Shown here piece by piece: positions 1-9,384 of a stretch of 25,918 nucleotides of DNA. Position 1 is the first letter of the stretch, and every line of letters begins with the position of its first letter. Both the position numbers and the translations under genes were made by a program. Source of the DNA: Octopus sinensis (lineage: Eukaryota); contig NW_021835671.1 in the NCBI RefSeq assembly GCF_006345805.1, positions 1 through 25,918 of the forward strand. Reading direction: 5' to 3'. The notes below the pieces were generated by a model. That model worked only from the letters and a program-made list of their open reading frames with translations. It was not told where the DNA came from and did no database searches.

Positions 1-711
1 CAGCCACGGCCACCTCTGGGAATAATGGGCCTCAAAATACATGATTTAATTTATGTGTCTGTTGGTGTTTGAGATAGTAAAAGAAGGGAGATTTGGCTGC
101 TGTTTCTGGCTCGTTGAGTGAACCCATAGAAGAGCAGGTCTAGGGTTCGTCGTCCCGTTTTTCCCCCTGACTCAGATTGTAATAAAAATAAATCCAGCCA
201 CGACCACTCTAGGAATAATGGGCCTCAAAATACATATTTAATTTATGTGTCTGTTTGTGTTTTGAGATAGTAAAAGAAGGGAGATTTGGCTGCTGTTTCT
301 GGCTCGTTGAGTGAACCCATAGAAGAGCAGGTCTAGGGTTCGTCGTCCCGTTTTTCCCCCTGACTCAGCTTGTAATAAAAATAAATCCAGCCACGACCAC
401 CTCTAGGAATAATGGGCCTCAAAATACATTATTTAATTTATGTGTCTGTTTGTGTTTTGAGATAGTAAAAGAAGGGAGATTTGGCTGCTGTTTCTGGCTC
501 GTTGAGTGAACCCATAGAAGAGCAGGTCTAGGGTTCGTCGTCCCGTTTTTCCCCCTGATTCAGCTTGTAATAAAAATAAATCCAGCCACGGCCACCTCTG
601 GGAATAATGGGCCTCAAAATACATTATTTAATTTATGTGTCTGTTTGTGTTTTGAGATAGTAAAAGAAGGGAGATTTGGCTGCTGTTTCTGGCTAGTTGA
701 GTGGTCCCATA
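1..711. repeat. Tandem array, ~194-bp unit, 3.6 copies (probably continues upstream of the window)
   Basis: Units start CAGCCACG at 1, 195, 388 and 583. They are near-identical; the 4th copy diverges after ~700. Confidence 0.95.
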
Positions 712-924
712 AAAGTTCATTCGTCGATTCGATGCTGTCGTTTCGCTTAGCGGAATCTTGCAGAATTGCCTTGGTATTGTGTAGCACCAGCTCAGCCCTG
801 ATCTAACTTAATCCGTGATCAAAAACATTCAGTGATGGTCATATTGTCTTTTATTTTTCAGACTGTGTCGAGGATTAAAGGCGTTGTACAGTATGGCCTT
901 ATAATTTTTGTTGAAGTAGGTTGC

Positions 925-1131
925 TATATAATATATATATATATATAATATCAATAATTGAGGGTAAAATTAATTAGTTATTAATCAATTTCACCAAGTA
1001 GTGTTCAGTATGTAAAAGGACCATTAAAGGCGTATTCAAAATATTACATTATATAATTAGGGCTTAGTAAAATAAATTACTTTGCCACATACTGAACTTT
1101 TTAGGAATAGCAGTCAAAGACTGTTTATTTC

Positions 1132-1173
<42 letters not shown>

Positions 1174-1279
1174 TTAGAACTTTTTTTAAAACAGTTCCTA
1201 CCGATAATGGTTATATTTACATACCGAAATCTATCCGAAAATAATTGGTTTTTAAAAAAAATTAATAATAATTATTTAC

Positions 1280-1326
<47 letters not shown>

Positions 1327-1565
1327 GTATGTGTGTGTGTGTGTGCTGTGTTTTTGGCTGAGTTTGATTTGAGAACATAATCTGTGGAGAATGGCGATTT
1401 GACGTCTATATCTAGCATGTTGACTGTCCACTTTTCGTGTTCAGTCCTTAATTGGTATATATAAATATTTTAATCTTCGGATTCTTTTTTAATATGCTAG
1501 ACCACTGGTTTTAATTGATAAATATCAATTTCTACCCTTAATTAATATTATATATATATATATAT
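925..1565. repeat. (TA)n/(TG)n tracts separating three short AT-rich modules
   Basis: TA runs at ~925-948, 1137-1165, 1284-1322 and 1548-1565. Each intervening module has an AGGGTA terminus (961-966 on +; 1277-1282 and 1533-1538 on -). Confidence 0.7.
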
Positions 1566-2285
1566 ACACACACTGTGTGCTTGTAATAATTAAATATATA
1601 TGGGGTCTCGTGCACGGTACGGTGTCCCTGGGTATATAAGCCGTGCATATGTCTATACATTATTATACATAAATATTTAGGTGCGTGGTATGGGTACCTC
1701 TACGTATGTACTTTTGTGTGTGTTAGCTTGGCAATTCCCATTGCCGTTCCTTCGTAAAATATTCATCATTATTATTATTATATACGCCTGTCTACTATAC
1801 TACTATTGCTACTACTACTTGTAATCTTTCTTAGCTTCGGATGCCTCTACTTCTAATGTATTCTCGGCAATAATTCTTGGAATCTTTTCAACTTAAAATA
1901 CTGCCTGTTGTTCCCCCACCACCACCACTACCACCACTACTCAGGTCATCTCTTATCGAGCAGGCAGGCCTATGATAAGCGTTCTAACCCTGACCATCCC
2001 CCTTTTTTTTTCTTTTTTTTGGGGGGTTTCTTATTCAAACATTGTTGTATCTAGAACTATATCTCGCTCACAGTGTCCTACTTTTTTTTATTTTATTTTA
2101 TTTTAACTACAGATTGTAATTCGAGGAAATTTTGGCTGTTATTTCTAACTTACTCGAGAGATCACTTAGCCGCTCCCTTCGTTGGAATAATTGTCAGTCA
2201 GATGTATAAATTAAGGGTGGTGGAGGCGATGCACTGAAGGAAAACAAAGACTTAGTGGCTCTGAAAGCGGGAAAGATAATTTCGA

Positions 2286-2692
2286 GATCTTTTCGGTTTG
2301 AACGGCAGTTTTTTTCTAGCGGTGTCATATGAAACTGTCATTCATAATTATGACCCTAGAATCGATCTATTGCATTTCAATCTGTTTTAGGGTTAGGGTT
2401 TGGGGTGGGGGAAGGGTATCTTTTTTTTCTTCAAATGTAAAACCCAATCTGTTTCTTAAACGAGGGACATATTCATACGGCACAGAATGTTTTTTTACCT
2501 CATAGACGTCATTGATTGGTTGAAATTGCAGAAATTGAAGAAAAAAAATATCTTACAAACTATGGAATTTTCTCAATAAAGCCAAGAGAAAAAGATGTTT
2601 TATAAACACATTCTACCAGTATACGAAGTTTAAAAGTGTTTAGTTACGTGGAAATTATTAAAAAAAAACTGCCGTTCAAACCGAAAAGATCC
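2286..2692. mobile_element. Non-autonomous DNA transposon (MITE) with 30-bp TIRs and 8-bp TSD
   Basis: GATCTTTTCGGTTTGAACGGCAGTTTTTTT (2286-2315) is the exact reverse complement of 2662-2691. AATTTCGA flanks both sides (2278-2285, 2693-2700). No ORF. Confidence 0.92.
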
Positions 2693-2778
2693 AATTTCGA
2701 AAGCTAAGAATTTATTTTTTGAATTTCAATGTTTGGGAGCAAAGTCTTACTTTTGTTTGCAAGCAAGGGACAACTATG

Positions 2779-2808
2779 GACATGTTTCAGTCTATTAGAC
2801 CTCATCAG
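2779..2808 (-). ncRNA. Minimal hammerhead-ribozyme-like core, probably degenerate
   Basis: Minus strand reads CUGAUGA-G-GUC-UAAUA-GAC-U-GAAAC-AU-GUC. It has the conserved core, a 4-bp stem II (closing G.U) and palindromic ACAUGU stem III. The proximal stem I pairs are mismatched. Confidence 0.55.
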
Positions 2809-3620
2809 AGGAGCTACAGCTGGGCCTATGAGAGTCAGGTTACTTATGTTGTTATAGACACAGTGCAGTGAATCTTTTTTAGATAGGGTTTCCTCAATCT
2901 GCACAGACGTTCCTTCAATAGTCCCCATCCTTCATAGTTGACTTCAATTCTGGAACTGATAGGCCGCTGTCGATCTCTAGTCTGTTAACATACATCATGC
3001 GTCGGTTCCCAGAGTGACATATTCCTGATGCATTCATTCCTGACCCAGTAACAATGCCCAGCAAAACAGAATCTCCTGGCTCTGACCACCTCTGATATCA
3101 GGAAAAGGTTCTTGTAGAGGTCTTTATTGGCCACCCTCTGTTCCCATTTGATATTCAGTGTGCGTTGGAGTAAGTTGTTCCTGCAACATTTTTGTCAGGA
3201 TCCAAGTTTTGGACCCGTAAAGTACCAAGTGTACTTTCAGCTGTTGCTTTGGTGAACACAGCTTTTTGTCTTCTCGGGGGTAATGACTGCCAAATCCTGT
3301 CCTAGTTTGCTGATGGCAGTCCAGGCTTGAGCCTTTCTTGTCTCCAGTTCTCTCTGATAAGGATAACCAGGGACCAAAATATTTGAAGTTTTTGACTTGG
3401 GTCTTGTGTCTTCCCCTGTGAGTAATTTGGGAGTTCCAAAGACAAGTATAACTCAATATCCTAACAATAACTATTAAATTAATTTCTAACTATTAATATA
3501 ATACAACATGATAATTTAAAAAACATAATTACAAAATAAATTTACCTTAACTATTTTATACTCAAATACCAATTAAATTTCAATATTATTAAGATCTTTA
3601 ATTATTTCTATGATATTTAA

Positions 3621-3842
3621 CCCTTTAGCATTTAAACCGGCCATATCCGGCCAAAAATATTCTGCCTGTTTTATGTTCAAACTGGCCAGATCTGGTCTCT
3701 CACACCAACCCTACAATATCGTTTTAAAAATTAACAGCTACCTCATCATAATCTCATAGCTACAAGATTAATGAATGATTAGTTCAAAGCAATGTGGATA
3801 AAAAAGGATTAATTTTGGCAGAATAATGCAAACACTAAAGGT
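3621..3842. mobile_element. piggyBac-type MITE, copy 1 (222 bp)
   Basis: TTAA|CCCTTTAG...CTAAAGGT|TTAA; near-identical to 9691-9913 and 22501-22723. Confidence 0.9.
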
Positions 3843-4177
3843 TTAAATAATATTTATAATAATTTTATATACTATTTATATACTAGGTGATAATAATATA
3901 CTATTTTATATACTAGGTGATAATAATATTTATATACAAGACTGAGGTAATGATGTTCCAAAGACATTGAACATCATCACCTCAGTCTTGTTGGCTTCCA
4001 TGTGTAGCCCCCACTTCCTGGGCTGCTCATTTAAAAAATGGTGCCAGGAACGCCTGGGCATCAGACACGGAGTCAGGCAGCAGGCGTAAACTATCTGTGT
4101 AGTGTGTGTCAGGGATTCAATTCTCTGGTCTCTTTTGATTTTTGGCAGTTGCTTTTTGCAGAGTGAAACCAATATGT

Positions 4178-4178
<1 letters not shown>

Positions 4179-4219
<41 letters not shown>

Positions 4220-4607
4220 ACTCTTTTACTTGTTTCAGTCATTTGACTGCGGCCATGCTGGAGCACCACCTTTAATCGAGCAACTCGACCCCAGGACTTA
4301 TTCTTTTGTAAGCCCAGTACTTATTCTATCAGTCTCTTTTGCCGAACCGCTAAGTAACGGGGACATAAACACACCAGCGTCGGTTGTCAAGCAATGCTAA
4401 GGGGACAAAAACAGACACACACGCATATATATATATGCATATATACGATGGGCTTCTTTCAGTTTCCGTCTACCAAATCCACTCAAAGGCTTTGGTCGGC
4501 TCGAGGCTATAGTAGAAGACACTTGCCCAAGGTGCCACACAGTGGGACTGAACCCGAAACCATGTGGTTGGTAGACAAGCTACTTACCACACAGCCACTC
4601 CTGCACC
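4179..4607 (-). mobile_element. tRNA-headed SINE family 1 with (CT)n-extended tail
   Basis: Reverse complement of GGAGTGGCTGTGTGGTAAG..GGTTCAGTCCC..CCTTGGGCAAGT..(TA)n..GTAAAAGAG. Flanked by TATGTT (4173-4178, 4608-4613). Confidence 0.9.
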
Positions 4608-4770
4608 TATGTTGGTGATCTTATAGGGTACATCTTATAGGGTACATCTCATCACATTGTCCACCACGATGAAGAGATACAGAGCTAGCATATCTCCCGG
4701 TAGTACTCCTGCTTTGATTTCAAAGAAGTCATTTTCTCCATCTATAGATAGGACTTTTGCAAAGGTTTTT

Positions 4771-5185
4771 GGAGTGGCTGTGTGGTAAGTAGCTTGCTAA
4801 CCAACCATATGGTTCCGGGTTCAGTCCCACTGCGTGGCACCTTGGGCAAGTATCTTCTACTATAGCCTCGGACCAACCAAAGCCTTGTCAGTGGATTTGG
4901 TAGACGGAAACTGAAAGGAGCCCGTCGTATGTATATATATGTGTGTGTGTGTGTTTATATGTGTATATGTTTGTGTGTCTGTGTTTGTCCCCCAACATCA
5001 CTTGACAACCGATGCTGGTGTGTTTACATCCCTGTAACTTAGTGGTTCGGCAAAAGAGACCGATAGAATAAGTACTAGGCTTACAGAGAATAAGTCCTGG
5101 GGTCGACTTGCTCGACTAAAGGCGGTGCTCCAGCATGGCCACAGTCAAATGACTGAAACAAGTAAAAGAGTAAGAGTAAAGAGAG
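4771..5185 (+). mobile_element. SINE family 1
   Basis: A-box-like TGGCTGTGTGG, B-box-like GGTTCAGTCCC, CORE-like ACCTTGGGCAAGT, internal TA/TG tract and (TAAAGAG)n-type tail. It splits the RTE relic. Confidence 0.9.
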
Positions 5186-5365
5186 TACATTATGCCAATG
5201 GCCCTCATTATGCCAATGGCCAGTCCTATGACCACTCTGCTGGAAATGATCAATACGAGCATTATTTAGGGAACAGTGATGTTAACTCAAGAGTGTAAAA
5301 ATTTCCACTTGTGGGAAAAAGATCTCCACAGGCCCAGGCATAGCTGTGTGGTAAGAAGCTTGTTT

Positions 5366-5997
5366 CTATTTCCGACAACTTCACTCTGTAAAGAATCAAG
5401 GCAGCGAGCTGGCAGAAACATTAGCACGCCGAGCGAAATGCTCGGCAGTATTTTGTCTGTCGTTACGTTCTGAGTTCAAATTCCGCCGAGGTCGACTTTG
5501 CTTTTCATCCTTTCGGGGTCGATAAATGAAGTACCAGTTATGCACTGGGGTCGATGTAATCGACTTAATCTGTTTCTCTGTCCTTTTTTGTCCTCTCTGT
5601 GTTTAGCCCCTTGTGGGTAGTAAAGAAATAGGTATTTCGTCTGCCACTACATTCTGAGTTCAAATTCCGCCAAGGTCGACTTTGCCTTTCGTCCTTTCAG
5701 GGTCGATTAAATAAGTACCAGTTACACACTGGGGTCAGTGTAGTCGACTTAATCCGTTTGTCTCTCCTTGTTTGTCCCCTCTATGTTTTAGCCCCTTGTG
5801 GGTAATAAAGAAATAGGTATTTCGTCTGCCGTTACGTTCTGAGTTCAAATTCCGCCGAGGTCGACTTAGCCTTTCATCCATTCGAGGTCGATTAAATAAG
5901 TACCAGTTACACACTGGGGTCAGTGTAGTCGACTTAATCGGTTTGTCTGTCCTTGTTTGTTCCCTCTGTGTTTAGCCCCTTGTGGGCAATAAAAAAA
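5366..5997 (+). mobile_element. tRNA-headed SINE family 2: one head plus three tandem ~184-bp bodies, inserted in a SINE1 head
   Basis: Head GCGAGCTGGCAGAA at ~5404; bodies start at 5448, 5632 and 5817. 14-bp duplication TAAGAAGCTTGTTT at 5352-5365 and 5998-6011. Confidence 0.88.
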
Positions 5998-6361
5998 TAA
6001 GAAGCTTGTTTTCCAACCACATGGTTCTGGGTTCAGTCCCACTGTTAACAAATATATTTATATGACAGGCTGCTTTCAGTTTGCATCTGACCAAGGTGCC
6101 ACACAGTGGGACTGAACCCAGAACTATGTGACTGGTAAGCAAGCTTCTTACCACACAGCCATGCCTGTACCTAAAAATTGTTTCCTCACTCGTCAAGAAA
6201 ATATAATTAGGGACTCATCTTCATCAGGGGATACCCCCAGGTAAGGTTATGGTCAAGTATAACGTGACCACCACTGCAATGGAGTGTATTCATGAAAATT
6301 GACTTGATATGATGTCTACACTTCCTCCTTACATTTACATGACAATCTGGTCAAGCAGATT

Positions 6362-6755
6362 GGCACAGGAGTGGCTGTGTGGTAAGTAGCTTGCTTACCA
6401 ACCACATGGTTGCAGGTTCAGTCCCATTGCGTGGTACCTGGGGCAAGTGTCTTCTACTGTGGCCTTGGGCTGACCAAAGCCTTGTGAGTGGATTTGATAG
6501 ATGGAAACTGTAAGAAGCCCGTTGATATATATATATATATATGTGTGTTTGTGTGTCTGTGTTTGTTCCCCCAACATCGCTTGACAACCGATCCTGGTGT
6601 ATTTACGTACCCGTAACTTAGCAGTTCGACAAAAGACACCGATAGAATAAGTACTAGGCTTTTACAAAGAATAAGTCCAGGGGTCGATTTGCTCGACTAA
6701 AGGCGGTGCTCCAGCATGGCCACAGTCAAATGACTGAAACAAGTAAAAGAGTAAA
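6362..6755 (+). mobile_element. SINE family 1
   Basis: Full head-to-tail similarity to the other copies. Confidence 0.9.
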
Positions 6756-6802
6756 CTGGTTAACTTTTTAAAGACTTTCAACTCTGTACTCGTATTAGAA
6801 AA

Positions 6803-7795
6803 TTAACACTTCAGCATTCGAACCAACCAAATCCAACCCAAATTTTCAACCTGTTTTGTATTCAAACCAGCCAGATCCAGCCTCTCACACCTACCATGCA
6901 ATCATCTTCATTGTTTAACATCCACCTTCCATGTAGGCATGGGTTGGGCAGTTTGACAGGAGCCAGCCAGGTAGAAGACTACCCTAGGTTTCTGTTTCTG
7001 TTTTGGCAGAGATTTTACTGTTGGATACTCTTTTCGCAGAATGGACTGAGTGTTTTTCACGTGACACCAGCACAGATGAGGTCAGTTTTGCCATGGTTTT
7101 TACAGCTGGGTGCCCTTCTAAAGGCCAACCACTTTACAATGTGAACTGGATGCACCAGCACCAACAGGGTCACCAAGTAATTTGCAAGACAAGGAATTTT
7201 GAGAGGGGCAGTAGCATTGGAGGAGGGAATATTGTGTCAGATGACGAAAGGTTGTTTCAGTCATTTGACTGTGGCCATGCTGGGGCACCGCCTTTAGTCG
7301 AGCAAATCGACCCCTGGACTTATAGGCACAGGAGTGGCTGTGTGTTAAGTAGCTTGTTTACCAACCACATGGTTCCGGGTTCAGTCCCACTGTGTGGCAC
7401 TTTGAGGGGGACGTAAACACACCAGCATCGGTTGTTAAGCGATGTTGGGGGGACATCACAGACACAAACATATACATACATGCATACATGTATGTATATA
7501 TATATATGTATGTGTGTATATGTTTGTGTCTACCAAATCCACTCTGAAGGCTTTGGTCGGCCCGAGAAAGACAGAGGAACAGATAGACGGCGTGACAGAA
7601 TTCTGTGGAGGGTCGTTTACATATGTTTCAAGACAAGATGCTGGATGGCTGCAACAGACTAGGGTCCGACAGAGAAACCGAGAGGCAGAAACAGGTGACA
7701 ATTAATCACATCATTGAAATCTCAAAGCTATGAGATAATGCATGATTAATTCGTAATAATGTGACAGAGTAATCTGGACGTCCCAGGGTTAATTG
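6803..7795. mobile_element. Old piggyBac-MITE relative split by nested retroposon fragments
   Basis: Left part (TTAACACTTCAGCATT..CCTCTCACACCTACC, ~6803-6895) and right part (AATCTCAAAGCTATGAG..CAGGGTTAA, ~7700-7795) resemble the two halves of the 223-bp MITE. Between them lie a (GAT)n-family fragment (~6900-7200) and rearranged SINE1 pieces. Confidence 0.55.
7252..7565. mobile_element. Rearranged SINE1: minus copy with a plus-strand head fragment (7324-7404) replacing part of its body
   Basis: Minus 3' end at 7252-7322, plus-strand head at 7324-7404, minus body resumes 7406-7565. Confidence 0.75.
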
Positions 7796-8159
7796 AAATA
7801 TGGTGACACAGTAAAAAAAATATTTTGAGATAATAATTTAATGATCTAACCATTTGGTCACTTATATGTGGTTTTGTATACTTTATGGGGTGGGGATATA
7901 ATTTCATGCTATTATAATAACAATGGAAATGGTTGGATCCTTACCAGATTCTGCAGCTGCTGTCTTCTGCTATAAATACTTCAGAAACTGCTGTCTTTGG
8001 CATTTCTGTCAGTAGATTTCAGAATTTCAGAATTTCAATGAATTTAAGCCGGTTTTAAACCAGTTTGCTTGCATTTGAGTTTATTTTTTATTTCAGCTCA
8101 GGCAAGCTTTTTTACAAGATGACAGGTTACTAATGAACAAACAATGTTTTCCATTTATA

Positions 8160-8328
8160 GGTGCAGGAGTGTCTGTGTGGTAAGTAGCTTGCTTACCAAC
8201 CACATGGTTCCGGGTTCAGTCCCACTGAGTGGCACTCTGGGCAAGTGTCTTCTACTGTAGCCTCGGGCTGACCAAAGCCTTCAGAGTGGATTTGGTAGAT
8301 GGAAACTGAAAGAAACCCGTCGTATATA

Positions 8329-8375
<47 letters not shown>

Positions 8376-8795
8376 TTGTCCTGCCCAACATCGCTTGACA
8401 ACCAACGCTGTCTTTACATCCCCGGTTCGGCAAAGGAGACCGATAGAATAAGTCCTGGCTGTCGATTTGCTCGACTAAAGGCAGTGCTCCAGCATGGCCG
8501 CATTCAAATGACTTGTGAGTGGATTTGGTAGACGGAAACTGAAAGAAGCCCGTCGTATATATGTATATATATATATATATGTGTGTGTTTGTGTCTGTGT
8601 TTGTCCCCACCGACATCGCTTGACAACCGATGCTGGTGTGTTTACATCCCCATAACTTAGCAATTCGGCAAAAGAGACCGATAGAATAAGTACTAGGCTT
8701 ACAAAGAATAATTCCTGGGATCGATTTGCTCGACTAAAGGCGGTGCTCCAGCATGGCCACAGTCAAATGACTGAAACAAGTAAAAGAGTAAAAGA
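8160..8795 (+). mobile_element. SINE family 1 with partial tandem duplication
   Basis: First copy runs to ~8511, then restarts internally at CTTGTGAGTGGATTTGG (8512) and runs to the tail. Confidence 0.85.
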
Positions 8796-8979
8796 ATTTG
8801 CATTTAACAATCTTTAACCCTTCATAATTCTGATTTCTTTGTCAAATATTAAGTAAAGACCCCTTTTTGGTCATGAATGACCATGGCATTGCACCTAGAA
8901 AGTTACCCTCCAGGGTTGTTTGTGTAAGACCAGAAGTCATGCATGCATACCAGCCTCTTCTCTCCATGCCTTTCTATGT

Positions 8980-9365
8980 CTCTTTTCTCTTTTTACTTGT
9001 TTCAGTCTGCGGCCATGCTGGAGCACCGCCTTTAATCGAGCAACTCGACCCCGGGACTTATTCTTTGTAAGCCCAGTACTTATTCTATCGGTCTCTTTTG
9101 CCGAACCGCTAAGTGACGGGGACATAAACACACCAGCATCGGTTGTCAAGCAATGCTAGGGGGACAAACACAGACACACATACACACATATATATACATA
9201 TATACGACAGGCTTCTTTCAGTTTCCGTCTACCAAATCCACTCACAAGGCTTTGGTCAGCCCGGGCTATAGTAGAAGACACTTGCCCAAAGTGCCATGCA
9301 GTGAGACTGAACCCGGGACCATGTGGTTCGTAAGCAAGCTACTTACCACACAGCCACTCCTGTGC
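8980..9365 (-). mobile_element. SINE family 1
   Basis: Reverse-complement full-length copy. Confidence 0.9.
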
Positions 9366-9384
9366 ATATGTGCATAGGGTAAGG

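Larger units (their letters stand above)
2875..5260 (-). mobile_element. Fragmented RTE-clade LINE relic (RT domain to C-terminus) interrupted by three insertions
   Basis: Colinear minus-strand peptides: AIGIMY (~5185-5205); FAKVLSIDGENDFFEIKAGVLPGDMLALYLFIVVDNVMR (~4640-4765, the GVxQGD-type motif); GFTL..YTDSLRLLPDSVSDAQ..GLHMEANKTEVMMFN (~3960-4170); VKNFKYFGPW..LYGSKTWILTK..LNIKWEQRVANKDLY..FAGHC..LWEPTH..DSGLSVPELKSTMKD (~2900-3440). Many stops and frameshifts. Confidence 0.88.

Noticed and set aside
1195-1245. CCGATAATGGT..ACCGAAATCTATC resembling a hammerhead variant
   Set aside because: U4 and G8 equivalents are changed without compensation, and there is no stem I.
2387-2398. TTAGGG repeats as a telomere or fusion site
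   Set aside because: Only two units, internal to a TIR element.
6172-6250. Second hammerhead-like string on the minus strand (CTGATGAAGATGAGTC..GACGAGTGAGGAAAC)
   Set aside because: It needs 6-7-nt deletions in both core halves, and no stem I with a valid NUH site can be formed.
8078-8130. Strong plus-strand splice acceptor (TTTATTTTTTATTTCAG)
   Set aside because: No convincing donor or recognisable peptide follows; T-rich AG motifs are common in this composition.
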